A stretch of 46,844 nt of DNA from a virus. Its lineage: Duplodnaviria; Caudoviricetes. Position 1 is the stretch's first letter; each line of letters begins with the position of its first letter. The translations under genes were made by a program, and so were the position numbers. A model generated the notes under the pieces. The model was not told where the DNA came from. It did no database searches and saw only the letters and a list, made by a program, of their open reading frames with translations. The stretch is from IMG/VR virus record IMGVR_UViG_3300020716_000012, positions 1 to 46,844 of that record; one strand, given 5' to 3'. This document shows positions 37,028 to 46,843 of this stretch, piece by piece.

Positions 37028-37388
37028 TTTCTTTATTTTTCCTGTCTATCGATTGAATCCATTCTATGGCTACTGCGGCCACTTGTATAAGCTCTGCTCT
37101 TCGGGTTTTGTCGTCAAATGCAGAAATAGTTTCAGAAAGCTCTTCCACTAAAATATGGCTCCAAGTGAGCACATTTTTACCAGCCGCATTATCGCATAGA
37201 AACTTTGCTCTGTGTTCTGTAGGAATCTCGTATTCCTGACAGAGCCTATCTGGCGTTGCACCTCCATTTCTCCCCGTCAAAATGGGGTCAACAGAAGGGT
37301 GATCCTGTTGACCCCATTTCATCTCTTGCCTTTGTCTCTCCGCGAGAATTTCAAAATAAATCGGGTCGTCAATTACTGTTGCGTTCAT
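37014..37388 (-). CDS. MazG-like all-alpha NTP pyrophosphohydrolase
   Basis: ERQRQEMKWG..ILVEELSE..RAELIQVAAVAIEWI; ATG at 37388. Confidence 0.65.
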   Translation of the reverse strand: MNATVIDDPIYFEILAERQRQEMKWGQQDHPSVDPILTGRNGGATPDRLCQEYEIPTEHRAKFLCDNAAGKNVLTWSHILVEELSETISAFDDKTRRAELIQVAAVAIEWIQSIDRKNKENGSK

Positions 37389-37467
37389 TTCAAGTTTTGT
37401 TATAATTATTATATCAAAACCTGTAATCAAAGTTTCTCGAGAGAAACGCAAGAGTTTTTAACACCAC

Positions 37468-37501
37468 AAAAAACCCTGACCTTGGATGGTCAGGGTTTTT
37501 T
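37468..37501. terminator. intrinsic terminator closing the envelope locus
   Basis: aaaaaaccctgacc-ttggat-ggtcagggtttttt. Confidence 0.85.
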
Positions 37502-37524
37502 ATATAGATCGATAATTGTTACTA

Positions 37525-38877
37525 TTAGTTTTCAACCCAAACTTCCACCCTCCTATTCTCTGCTCTTCCTTCTTCCGTTCCATTATCACGTAGTGGAATT
37601 GCTGATCCGAGGCCAAGTGTTCTGGATATTTTGGCTCCATGTAATTTAAGAGCGTCCCGTAGTGTATTAGCCCTATTTAAAGAAAGTCCTATATTTCCGG
37701 CAGGATTTCCTTGATTATCTGTAAAGCCAACAAGTACCAGGGATTTTCTTTTGTTCTCATCCTTCGAAAGGAATTTAATAACCCTTTCAATATCGTCATT
37801 TGCCCGGCTATCCAATGTTGAACCTCCATACTCGAAACGGAATTCGGTAGAAATCATTTTACCGTTTGCGGCTAATTTTTTATACTCTGGGGGATCAGTA
37901 TCATTTACTTCGGGATTTTTAGTATCATCAATAAATTCCACATCAAAATTAACAAAACCTGTTTTTTCAACAATATCCTGGCCTTCGTCCTCTTCGATCC
38001 AATCGAGGAATTTTTGTATATGAGGATTATCAGGCTTCTCGGAAGAATACATATAAATACGCATAGCCAAAGGATATTCCTCGCTTTGTATAGTTAAGTC
38101 ATTAGGAAGTATTGGAGAAGAAGTAGCTGTTTCTTTAATTGGTACAACTCTTATTCCTGTATTTTTAAGGAACTCATAGTCTACAAATCCAATGCCATTT
38201 GGATCTTTTGCTACCGCATCTAGCAATTCCTTCTCGTCAGAAAATCCTTTTGCGGTAGCGCTAATCCTCTTCTTTTCCATTATCTCCTGGTCGAAGAATT
38301 CGTAATACTCATTTGTTTTATCCAATACATAAAGGTTCATTTTTGTGGAAGAAGTTCCCTCAAATATATCTGCTATTTCTGCGACGGATAGGGCAGTAAC
38401 ATTCTTATTATCTTTGGAGACTATAATACCGACTGCATCCATACCGACCTCCTTTTCTTCGTCATTGTTGTTAGCCGGTGCTTCGAGAAGAGAGATAGCT
38501 ATGTCTGCTTTCTTTTCGCTTATGGCTGTCATTCCTGCGGAATTTCCAACTGGCTGGATTAGGATACTTTCCTTTTTGCCTTTTAGAGTTCCAGTTACTT
38601 CGGATCCAGCCGCTCCACGATTGTTAATGGTTACATTTTCATAACCGTTCTCTTCCATATATCCTTGTGCCAGTTCCGGTGCAAGGTCTTCCGACATAAC
38701 GGTTGAACCTGCAATTGTTAGGATAATGTTATCGGAAGAACTTGGTGTTAATAAGCTCCCTGGGGAGTCTCCGGAAATGCCCTTGTAATTCCGGTACATT
38801 TGAAAGCTTACTACTCCTGCTGCAATGAACAGTACTAATGTAATAATCTTTCCTGCGGGCTTCATACGAATTGCCAT
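37525..38877 (-). CDS. membrane-anchored PstS-like binding protein/OmpA fusion (degenerate ligand site)
   Basis: N-terminal TM; LTIAGST, GMDAVGIIV, YPLAMRIYMY; OmpA GFTDNQG..LSLNRA..NRRVEV. Confidence 0.85.
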   Translation of the reverse strand: MAIRMKPAGKIITLVLFIAAGVVSFQMYRNYKGISGDSPGSLLTPSSSDNIILTIAGSTVMSEDLAPELAQGYMEENGYENVTINNRGAAGSEVTGTLKGKKESILIQPVGNSAGMTAISEKKADIAISLLEAPANNNDEEKEVGMDAVGIIVSKDNKNVTALSVAEIADIFEGTSSTKMNLYVLDKTNEYYEFFDQEIMEKKRISATAKGFSDEKELLDAVAKDPNGIGFVDYEFLKNTGIRVVPIKETATSSPILPNDLTIQSEEYPLAMRIYMYSSEKPDNPHIQKFLDWIEEDEGQDIVEKTGFVNFDVEFIDDTKNPEVNDTDPPEYKKLAANGKMISTEFRFEYGGSTLDSRANDDIERVIKFLSKDENKRKSLVLVGFTDNQGNPAGNIGLSLNRANTLRDALKLHGAKISRTLGLGSAIPLRDNGTEEGRAENRRVEVWVEN

Positions 38878-38940
38878 GATTGAAATTTGTTGATTTTGTT
38901 AATTGATGATTGTTAAAATATGAATAAAAGGTTTAGTTGA

Positions 38941-40302
38941 CTAGTTAGTCAACCAAACCTCCACTCTCCTATTGTTTGCCTGATCTTCCGGTGTAGCATT
39001 TCCTCTTACCGGACGTAATGGCCCAAATCCGAGTACTTGTTTTACATCTGCTCCCCTTGCTGTCAGTACACTCTTTACCGTATTTGCCCTGGTGAGCGAT
39101 AGTGCAGTGTTTTTGTTTACATCACCTACGTTATCAGTAAAGCCTACGAGTATTAATTTCTTACCCCTATTCTCGGATTGGGAAAGGAAAGATATTACCC
39201 TACTTACGTCTGCCAGTGCCCTACTATCCAGTGTTGTTCCCCCAAATTCGAACCGGAACTCTGTAGTTATCTTCTTACCAGTATTAATCAAGTTAGTATA
39301 AGCTGGTGGATCTCCTGGCATACCTATTGGATTATCGTTATTATTATTAACATTGACCGTTAGATTGATAAAGCCGCTGTTTTGTACGACCGCTTGTCCA
39401 TTGGCAGATTCTACATAATTTAGGAAAGATCCTGCTGTTTGGTCTGCTTGTTTCGGAGTATACATATACAGCCTTCTGCAGAGAGGGTATTTTTCCGACT
39501 GGATGGTCAAAGCGTTTGGAATTATACCAGGCATACCAGGGCTAATACTGATTGGTACTGCTCTTATCCCCGAGGTTGAAAGGAAAGTGTAGCTGGCAAA
39601 GCCAACACCATTTGCATCGCTACTTATAGCAGTTGCTAACTCAGCTCCAGATGCGAACTTTTTTGCATTGCCATTAATTTCGCGGCCAGCCATTGCAACC
39701 TCTTTAAAAACTTTGTAGGTTCCACTATTATCGTCCATTCTGTATATGGAATTACCACTACTAAAAGTGTTTTGTAAATCCGGCATACTTAATGTGTTGA
39801 TAGAACTACTGTTACTGACGATAACTGCTATACCGTCCAGGCCAATAACGTGTTCATTATAATTACCGGTGTTGTCTTTGGAAGAAGCCATACAAATACT
39901 GGCACCGCCATTAGAGATGGATGAAAAGCCGGTACTTGTTCCATGGGCTGAAATATCCACACGGTCTGTTTTTCCATTCTTCGTTCCAACTACTGCCTTT
40001 TCATCCTTACCGGTATTAAGTATCTGGACGTTGGAATAACCAGTGCTTTCCATCCAGCCTTTACAAAGTGCTGGTGCCAGTACGTCGCCAATTGTATTAG
40101 AACCGGCAATTTTCAGAATAGAAGTGCTCTGTGGGACTTCTGCTGTCTGTTGTGTAGCTCCTGATGAGGATGTTACCTGATCATTACCCGAGCTCGTTGG
40201 GTGGGGGTGGGATGTGTAGTATTTGTAATATCCTCCTCCTGCTATTGCAAGGATTAATACGAGGAAAAATACTTTACCGCCGGTCTTCATTTTGAGTGCC
40301 AT
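38941..40302 (-). CDS. membrane-anchored PstS-like binding protein/OmpA fusion
   Basis: IAGSNTIG, HGTSTG, GLDGIAVIV, RMDDNSGT, YPLCRRLYMY; OmpA GFTDNVG..NRRVEV. Confidence 0.88.
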   Translation of the reverse strand: MALKMKTGGKVFFLVLILAIAGGGYYKYYTSHPHPTSSGNDQVTSSSGATQQTAEVPQSTSILKIAGSNTIGDVLAPALCKGWMESTGYSNVQILNTGKDEKAVVGTKNGKTDRVDISAHGTSTGFSSISNGGASICMASSKDNTGNYNEHVIGLDGIAVIVSNSSSINTLSMPDLQNTFSSGNSIYRMDDNSGTYKVFKEVAMAGREINGNAKKFASGAELATAISSDANGVGFASYTFLSTSGIRAVPISISPGMPGIIPNALTIQSEKYPLCRRLYMYTPKQADQTAGSFLNYVESANGQAVVQNSGFINLTVNVNNNNDNPIGMPGDPPAYTNLINTGKKITTEFRFEFGGTTLDSRALADVSRVISFLSQSENRGKKLILVGFTDNVGDVNKNTALSLTRANTVKSVLTARGADVKQVLGFGPLRPVRGNATPEDQANNRRVEVWLTN

Positions 40303-40344
40303 AACGCTTTTGTTTTTTGATTGTTAATAATTAATTTAATACAG

Positions 40345-40400
40345 CAAATATACAATTTGTATTCTGAATAAAAAAATTATAGTTGTTAAAGATTTTATAA
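40345..40400 (-). promoter_or_regulatory. conserved early-type promoter copy 7
   Basis: TATATTTG at 40345-40352; tgttaaa at 40384. Confidence 0.75.
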
Positions 40401-40418
40401 AATAATTATAAAGGGGTT

Positions 40419-41189
40419 TTAACGGATGGTTGTTACCCTTATTCCATATCCAAGCCCGTCATAGTTACTACCAAAGGAGATGTATTCTGCGTATGCCCCT
40501 ATTTGGAAATACGTTCTGCCTGTTTTAAGTCCTACTCCTCCGGAGAACGAACCTTTGATAGCATACGAAAGATTCTGTTTTACTAGTTGATTACAATACC
40601 TAACACCCTGTGATACCTCAACCGAGAAATAGAGTCCGCTGGGTTTTCCCAATTCAACTAAATTGAGGGTTATTGGAATTCCAAGATAACTAATACGATA
40701 CAATGTATTCCCAGACTTTTCCTTCACCGTAGAAGTATCTGTTTGAGAGGAAAAATACATAAATTCCCCGCCAATACTAAGATTAACGTTATTAGTCATC
40801 TGGTAACCAAATTGATGTTCCAAACCGCCGCTTACGCCACCCTTCCATTTGTCTACAGAAGTGTTACTAAGGATTATACCCCCACCGCCATTAAAGGTCC
40901 AGCTTTTAGTATGTCTTCCGAAAGAATCTACCCTAGCTTTTTCTGTTTTTTCCTGGTCAAATGTTTGTGTAGTACCATTTGCATATTTAATTGAGATTAT
41001 ATCAGAAACGGGTACTACATATACCCTTTGTGTTTTACTCCCCCAATCATAATACCGAACGTTCTTTTTTGCAACCTCTACTACTTGTACCTTCATTGTA
41101 TTCCCACTTCGGAGAACCAAGATATCCTGGGCGTGGACTGCTGTCGAGGCGAGGATAATTAAAACGAGCATTGATAAAAAATGTTTCAT
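40419..41189 (-). CDS. exported protein, probable outer-membrane beta-barrel
   Basis: Signal peptide (AVHA-Q); QDILVLRSG..VVEV..VRY N-domain; alternating Gly/aromatic beta strands, SYLGIPITL. Confidence 0.7.
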   Translation of the reverse strand: MKHFLSMLVLIILASTAVHAQDILVLRSGNTMKVQVVEVAKKNVRYYDWGSKTQRVYVVPVSDIISIKYANGTTQTFDQEKTEKARVDSFGRHTKSWTFNGGGGIILSNTSVDKWKGGVSGGLEHQFGYQMTNNVNLSIGGEFMYFSSQTDTSTVKEKSGNTLYRISYLGIPITLNLVELGKPSGLYFSVEVSQGVRYCNQLVKQNLSYAIKGSFSGGVGLKTGRTYFQIGAYAEYISFGSNYDGLGYGIRVTTIR

Positions 41190-41212
41190 TGTTTTGTTTA
41201 ATTGTTTAATTG

Positions 41213-42043
41213 TTATTGGATAGTGTGTACTAAAGAATTGGACATCAAGGTTTTTATTTCACCTATTATTTGTCGAAACCTCGGCATTTCACGTATCTCA
41301 GAATGATATGCAAGGTCCTCTTCTAAAAAGTCATAAGTTTTAAGTATTGTTGATCCTGGATTTACTCCATCAGATCCAAGTACGAAAACATGGTCGGCAA
41401 TTGCACATGCGGATTCTATATCATGGGAAACTATGATAATAGTGTTTTCCTCTGTAATGTCAGCAGCCTTTATTAGGAGTTCGGTAACTTTGTCCTTTAC
41501 TACAAAATCCAGGCCTGAATAAGGCTCGTCCGCAAGGAGTATTTGATTACCTGCAAGAATTTGTTGGAGTATTGCTGCCCGTTGTCTTTGTCCCCCTGAT
41601 AATTCGCTTGGGTACTTTTGCAGCTGGTCAAAGAGGTCAAAATAATTACTATACTCACTTATCACGCTGTCCTTATTATTATTACCCTTTAAGGCAATAT
41701 GGAAATTTTCATAAATGGTTCGGTGATTAAGCAATGGATAATTTTGTGGAATCACTCCAACCTCTCCCATTTGTACAAGGTGTTGATCTACTCCTACTCT
41801 TACAAAGCCACTGCATCCATTTTCTTCTGTCAATTCTAAAAATCCAGAGAGTGCCTTGAAAAGGGTGGATTTTCCACAACCGCTAGGTCCAATGATTGCT
41901 ATTATTTGACCCTTAGCCTTTCCAGTTTCAGGAAGTACTATATCTTTGATTTGGAAATTGATGTTGTGTAGAGCAACTTTATCACCGTAGGATACATTGA
42001 GATTTTCGACCGAGATTAATACTTCTTTAAGTTGATAGTTCAT
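41213..42043 (-). CDS. ABC transporter ATPase (NitT/TauT-like)
   Basis: GPSGCGKST, PQNY, LSGGQRQR, LLADEPYSGLD, VSHD. Confidence 0.92.
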   Translation of the reverse strand: MNYQLKEVLISVENLNVSYGDKVALHNINFQIKDIVLPETGKAKGQIIAIIGPSGCGKSTLFKALSGFLELTEENGCSGFVRVGVDQHLVQMGEVGVIPQNYPLLNHRTIYENFHIALKGNNNKDSVISEYSNYFDLFDQLQKYPSELSGGQRQRAAILQQILAGNQILLADEPYSGLDFVVKDKVTELLIKAADITEENTIIIVSHDIESACAIADHVFVLGSDGVNPGSTILKTYDFLEEDLAYHSEIREMPRFRQIIGEIKTLMSNSLVHTIQ

Positions 42044-42909
42044 TTGGAAGTTTTTTTAGCAAGCTTAGGAAATATTTTTCTAGTCCGGAATAATTGGAAT
42101 AATTGATTTATCCAAAGTTTTCTTGCCCTATCGGGATTAGTATATGGAAATATCCAAACTCCGATTACTTTAAATAGGTAATCAAATATCCACGCTACAC
42201 CTAGTATAATGGCAAGAATAGCAAATACTCTACCCATTCTAAAGTGTCGATTTTCTGTGGTTAATAATGTACCTAATCCTCCCTTAGACCAACATAGTAT
42301 TTCAAGACTGCTTATCATCATCCACCCAATAGCAAAATTTTGGCGAACAACTTCAAGCGCAAGATGTAGTTTTCCACGGATTATTGTTTCATAAAGAACT
42401 TCCCATCTTTTCATTTTTAAGGTGTAGCACAATTGATATTCCTCATCAGGAATGTCGTCAATATATGCGAGAAGAGAAGTAACAAAGTAAGGGACTATAC
42501 CACATACTAAAACCCAGAATTTAATTGCTCCGTTATCATGGAGCATCATGGTTAATACAAATACAAAACCTGCGTAAGTAAGGTATCTTAATTTTGATAC
42601 CAATACGCTGAAACCCCTAAAGGCATCAATTTTATAAATGTAACAAAAGAATAGTGAAATTAGTGTTGCTGTTCCCATCCCCCGAAGGAGGAAGAATACT
42701 GTTATCCAGAAATTTTGCATAAAGTCTGGAGCTCCAACGACAACAAGACCCTCTGGAACAACATCAGAGGGTCTTGGTATCAAGTCGTTGCTTTGGAACT
42801 GAAGAAAAAGAAGCACTACCAAAATTTGAACGATTGTTATTATCATTCTGGATTGTTTTGATCTCTTCAGTATAAAATTTGGTGCGAATATACTTCTTGA
42901 TTTTTCCAT
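42040..42909 (-). CDS. ABC transporter permease (NitT/TauT-like)
   Basis: About 6 TM helices; IPRPSDV; EAA-like loop IPDEEYQLCYTL; GGLGTLL; ATGA-coupled to the ATPase. Confidence 0.82.
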   Translation of the reverse strand: MEKSRSIFAPNFILKRSKQSRMIITIVQILVVLLFLQFQSNDLIPRPSDVVPEGLVVVGAPDFMQNFWITVFFLLRGMGTATLISLFFCYIYKIDAFRGFSVLVSKLRYLTYAGFVFVLTMMLHDNGAIKFWVLVCGIVPYFVTSLLAYIDDIPDEEYQLCYTLKMKRWEVLYETIIRGKLHLALEVVRQNFAIGWMMISSLEILCWSKGGLGTLLTTENRHFRMGRVFAILAIILGVAWIFDYLFKVIGVWIFPYTNPDRARKLWINQLFQLFRTRKIFPKLAKKTSK

Positions 42910-42929
42910 TTGGATTTTTTTAATTGGCT

Positions 42930-43124
42930 TTATGCCTCGACTCGATTATTGATTTGGTTTAACAATACGTCGATATAAGGAGTCGGCGGGTTGTTCTTGT
43001 ACCTGAACTTAGTATCTGTTACCTTTTCTATTTTAATTTTTTGGCCATTGTTAGAAATTGTAAAGCTTCTATTCCCAGTTTTTTCAACCTCAAAGCCAGC
43101 GTCTTTTAATCCTTTTATTGTCAT
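42930..43124 (-). CDS. small hypothetical protein
   Basis: 64 aa ORF within the locus. Confidence 0.55.
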   Translation of the reverse strand: MTIKGLKDAGFEVEKTGNRSFTISNNGQKIKIEKVTDTKFRYKNNPPTPYIDVLLNQINNRVEA

Positions 43125-43146
43125 AACGATTAAAATTAAGGATTTG

Positions 43147-43176
43147 AAAAAACCAGCGAGACCGAAGCCTCGCTGG
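43147..43176 (-). terminator. intrinsic terminator with C(UUCG)G tetraloop
   Basis: Minus strand CCAGCGAGGC-TTCG-GTCTCGCTGG-TTTTTT. Confidence 0.88.
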
Positions 43177-43185
43177 GGGAACCAA

Positions 43186-45009
43186 TTATTTTGTCAGGAG
43201 CGAGATTTGAACCCTGCGGTTTTGCCTACGTCCTTCTTCTGTGGTGTTAGGTGCTATCGCATCCCTTGATCCACGTCCTTCAGTAGGGAAGAAACGATTT
43301 TCTTCTAAACCTCTATCGGTCAGGCGTTTTTTAACAGAAGCTGCCCTGGCTGCGGATAATGGGGTATTTACAGCATCACTACCGCTATTGTCGGTGTAAC
43401 CAATTAACAATGCCTTGGCCTCAGGCGTTGTGTTCAATTCCTGATAAATGGCTTCAATATCTGCATCTGAGGAAGCTGCTACTTCTGCGGAATTGAGGTC
43501 AAATTCAATATGCCATGCTTTATTACCTATTCTATTAGTCATCTTACCTTCCATCGATGGCAAATTAGCCTTGCCCTTTAACAATTCGGGGTGTTTTTGT
43601 GTAACGTTGAATAAGACCGCTTTATTATAGCCCTTATCATAGGTAGGATATGTTGGAAGATCGTCAGGAAAATATTTATGTTGCAACGCACCGAAGGTAT
43701 TATAGACAGAACCATAAATATCATTGTTATCAGTCATACCTTTAATCATAATGCCTACCATATTTGCCATGTCCGCCAGATTATATACACGAGATCCTCC
43801 AAGGTGATTTGTAGAATCTGGTAATCCATCTTTACCTGGTACTGGTAGTTTTACGCCATTGAAATATTTGTACCAATATTCCTCGGTTTCCTCCTTATAG
43901 ATTTTTGCATTAATGCCACATGCGAACTTTTTAACATCTTCGAATGAACGTATTTGGTCTCCGGCGATAGCAGTACCGATAATTAAGTTTTCTGCAACTT
44001 CCTCATGATCTTGTATCCATTTGGCACATGTGATAGTTACGGCTGGCATAATCGAAGCATATTCATATGTAGATGCAATAGTTACGGTTACCGATCCTCT
44101 TGGCCCATTATGGACAGTAACATCGCCCGGTGTCCAGGTAGCAACAAGGTCTATTCCTACTAAGGTATCTCTCTTTTGGTCAACACCGTCTATAAATAGC
44201 CTGCGACTTTCTTTTACGTTTGCATTATAATCAGTGGCAGCTATTGTATAGTCTGTGACAAAGCGAAGATTAAGTGCATGTAGTTCATAAACTTTGTCGT
44301 TCGAATTAACAGGCTGGCCAAATGCACCTGCATATTTGAAACCGCAGTCTTCGTCGCCATCAAGTTTTACGCATATCATAACTGCACCTTTGAGGTTGTT
44401 GGGGTCATCTTTATATTTCCTTGCTCCCATAACCTGGTCTTCTCCGTGGGATGATCCTGGCATCATAAAACCTTGTGGCCAGTATTCTTCTGGCACATTA
44501 GCAGCTTTAAGAGCGACGTCTATATTATATAACGCTCCCATAACCCCAGTTCCCATATACGTCGCCATATAAAATGGTGTATTAGGGTTCTTTTGGTAAT
44601 CCTTACAGAATTGAATTACCTTTGCCTGGGATTGATTGCAATCTTTCTGACGTTCAATAGTCATACTAAATCCCATTTGGCCGAATATGGAGCCTTTTGT
44701 CGTCTGCGGTCCTCCATTTGCATAGTTAAACCCAGTACTTGCTTGCCATCCCATATCTGCAACTGTACCATGTATTGTGCCGGCTGTTACATCAGCACTT
44801 GGAAATGGTATTTTTTTCGCATCCATCGGCGGTAAAGATGCTTCAGGAGCATCTGGTGTTGCTACTTCGCCCTGAGATACTATTACGGCGGGTGCAACCT
44901 TCATCGGTTTGTGTTTGCTCCAAAAGTAGTAGCCTCCGCCTAAAAGTCCTACTATTAACAGAAGTATAAGTCCCTTACCTCCTGGTGTCATTCTTAATTG
45001 TGTACTCAT
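43186..45009 (-). CDS. membrane-anchored substrate-binding protein/OmpA fusion
   Basis: N-terminal TM; SSHGED, ATWTPGD; OmpA FDLNSA..GYTDNSG..LSAARA..NRRVQI. Confidence 0.82.
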   Translation of the reverse strand: MSTQLRMTPGGKGLILLLIVGLLGGGYYFWSKHKPMKVAPAVIVSQGEVATPDAPEASLPPMDAKKIPFPSADVTAGTIHGTVADMGWQASTGFNYANGGPQTTKGSIFGQMGFSMTIERQKDCNQSQAKVIQFCKDYQKNPNTPFYMATYMGTGVMGALYNIDVALKAANVPEEYWPQGFMMPGSSHGEDQVMGARKYKDDPNNLKGAVMICVKLDGDEDCGFKYAGAFGQPVNSNDKVYELHALNLRFVTDYTIAATDYNANVKESRRLFIDGVDQKRDTLVGIDLVATWTPGDVTVHNGPRGSVTVTIASTYEYASIMPAVTITCAKWIQDHEEVAENLIIGTAIAGDQIRSFEDVKKFACGINAKIYKEETEEYWYKYFNGVKLPVPGKDGLPDSTNHLGGSRVYNLADMANMVGIMIKGMTDNNDIYGSVYNTFGALQHKYFPDDLPTYPTYDKGYNKAVLFNVTQKHPELLKGKANLPSMEGKMTNRIGNKAWHIEFDLNSAEVAASSDADIEAIYQELNTTPEAKALLIGYTDNSGSDAVNTPLSAARAASVKKRLTDRGLEENRFFPTEGRGSRDAIAPNTTEEGRRQNRRVQISLLTK

Positions 45010-45081
45010 GATCGTTTTTTGTTTACGTTGTTTAGTTAATAATTGTTAATTGATTAATTGATTAATTGATTAAATGGCTGA

Positions 45082-46068
45082 TTACTTCAGCAGGTCGTTG
45101 TACTTTGTAATTGGCTTGGTTGAATTGGCATTCATTTCGACAATAGCAGCAGGAGCTTCGCCTTCCTTATATGCGAAAAGTTCTGGCCTGTATTCCTGCA
45201 GCATTTTCAAGCCTTCTGTTTCCATTGTGGCGTTTGTAAGATCAATGGTCTTCATAACAGTAGAGGATTGCTTGATGGCATATTTCATATTGGCCAGTTT
45301 GCCGGCTATATCCTCTTTCAGATATTCCATTGAACTTTCCATTAGCATCCTCTTGTCCGGATTTCCCTTCATAGTAGCCAATGCAGATTTGAGTGCATTA
45401 TTACCTTTGGTAACGGCTTTGTACTGGGCTTTCTTAATGTTGAGAGCATTTTCCATATCCTGCAGCATGTAACCTGAATTGGTGTGTACTGCTTCAAGAT
45501 AAGTTTCAATTTTCTGGAGGTTGTCCGCAATTGGCTGCAAATCATTGGCAAAGTCTTCCAACCTTTTTGCTTGTGCACTAGCAATACCCATGTCTTGTGT
45601 CATTCCCTTTTTGAGTGCGGCAGCAGCAATATTTATCTGATTTTTCATTTCCTTTTTCTGCTCCTCAATGGTTGCAATTGTTTCTTCTTTCTGGCTACTT
45701 ACATTTTTAATTTGTGTTTCCAGATTTTCCCTTTCTTTCCTGATGTCGTTAATGTAATCTTCCGCAATCAGGAAAGGATCTAAACGGAATACAAGGCCGA
45801 ACACATTTTTAATAAACCAGTCATACATGTACTTGAACGCCAGATAAATTCTACGATCTATGACCAGAATGTAGAGTAGCGCGGCTGCAATTCCCAGAGT
45901 AACTGCAAAATGAATCCAGTTTTCCAGGATTGTTGTTAAATACGGAATTACCTTCCATCCTATGAAGCCAAAAAGGAGGAGGCCAAAGATTGTCCCGATT
46001 TTTCCCTCGGGTTTACCCCAGTACGATTTTCCGCCGCCGGATGTTTGTGGGAATACGTTTGTGTCCAT
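45082..46068 (-). CDS. two-TM long coiled-coil protein, PspA-like
   Basis: Two N-terminal TM helices, then DPFLIAEDYINDIRKE and a long heptad-rich helical region. Confidence 0.6.
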   Translation of the reverse strand: MDTNVFPQTSGGGKSYWGKPEGKIGTIFGLLLFGFIGWKVIPYLTTILENWIHFAVTLGIAAALLYILVIDRRIYLAFKYMYDWFIKNVFGLVFRLDPFLIAEDYINDIRKERENLETQIKNVSSQKEETIATIEEQKKEMKNQINIAAAALKKGMTQDMGIASAQAKRLEDFANDLQPIADNLQKIETYLEAVHTNSGYMLQDMENALNIKKAQYKAVTKGNNALKSALATMKGNPDKRMLMESSMEYLKEDIAGKLANMKYAIKQSSTVMKTIDLTNATMETEGLKMLQEYRPELFAYKEGEAPAAIVEMNANSTKPITKYNDLLK

Positions 46069-46135
46069 GTTTACGTTTTCTTTTTTTTGGTTAATTGATA
46101 ATTGTTAATTGATTGTTTTGTATTTGATTTTACTT

Positions 46136-46843
46136 TTACTGCTTTTCTGGAATAAGCATTTGAATTTTCTGGATGTCGGAAGCTATCATAGCTTTATAAT
46201 CGTCGCAGGCTTCTTTGAATGCGTCTATGCGGGAATTAATTTTACTTGCTGCTTCCTCCAGTGGTGCAATTTTTGCCTTGTTGTCGTCAATTTCTTTTTG
46301 TAGCTGCCTGAGCTTAATATCCCGAGCCTGCTCCAATTGTTGAATTTGTTGGGCAACTTCATTTTTTACCTTTTCCATTGCAATGTTGTTACTTGCTACC
46401 AAGTTATTTACCCCCTGGATTTGGTCCTGGCTTTCCTTTTGGGATCCTAATGCCTCCGCCTTGAATGCAGAGTTATCTTGGTCCAATAAAGTTATATAGG
46501 CATTGGCACTATTTAATAGGGCTTGCTTTGAAAGCCCCTGTGCACGTAATGCTCCAAACGCACCTTTGTATTTTGGTGCATCTGGTAATTCTTCTCCCAT
46601 TTCTGCCAGCATCTGGGAAAATGTAAAATAATTTGGCGTTGGTGCTCCTGCATTAGCCAACACCTGGTCAAAGTGATCATGGAATTTACTTTTGTCAATT
46701 CCAGAGGCAGGAGCTTTCTTTGTGACAGAGGGTAACAAGCTATTTAAGGTGTCATTAAACGAGGCAGTGGGAGAAGCTGCTGCCTTATTATCACTTAAGC
46801 TTGGTAACCTCCTCGAGAATGTGATGTTGCCTCCAGCTCCTCC
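46136..46843 (-). CDS. coiled-coil hypothetical protein, 5' end outside the window
   Basis: Frame remains open upstream of the track's TTG start to the window end. Confidence 0.75.
   Translation of the reverse strand, partial: GGAGGNITFSRRLPSLSDNKAAASPTASFNDTLNSLLPSVTKKAPASGIDKSKFHDHFDQVLANAGAPTPNYFTFSQMLAEMGEELPDAPKYKGAFGALRAQGLSKQALLNSANAYITLLDQDNSAFKAEALGSQKESQDQIQGVNNLVASNNIAMEKVKNEVAQQIQQLEQARDIKLRQLQKEIDDNKAKIAPLEEAASKINSRIDAFKEACDDYKAMIASDIQKIQMLIPEKQ

Noticed and set aside
37432-37447. gtttctc-ga-gagaaac palindrome as an operator
   Set aside because: Single occurrence with no second copy or linked regulator
37525-43124. Canonical pstSCAB phosphate transporter
   Set aside because: Permease and ATPase look NitT/TauT-like, there is only one permease, and the binding proteins are OmpA fusions
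45040-45075. TTAATTGA tandem repeats (similar at 46090-46115) as iterons or operators
   Set aside because: Low-complexity A-rich leaders on the coding strand, as expected for Shine-Dalgarno-free translation starts; not distinguishable from that
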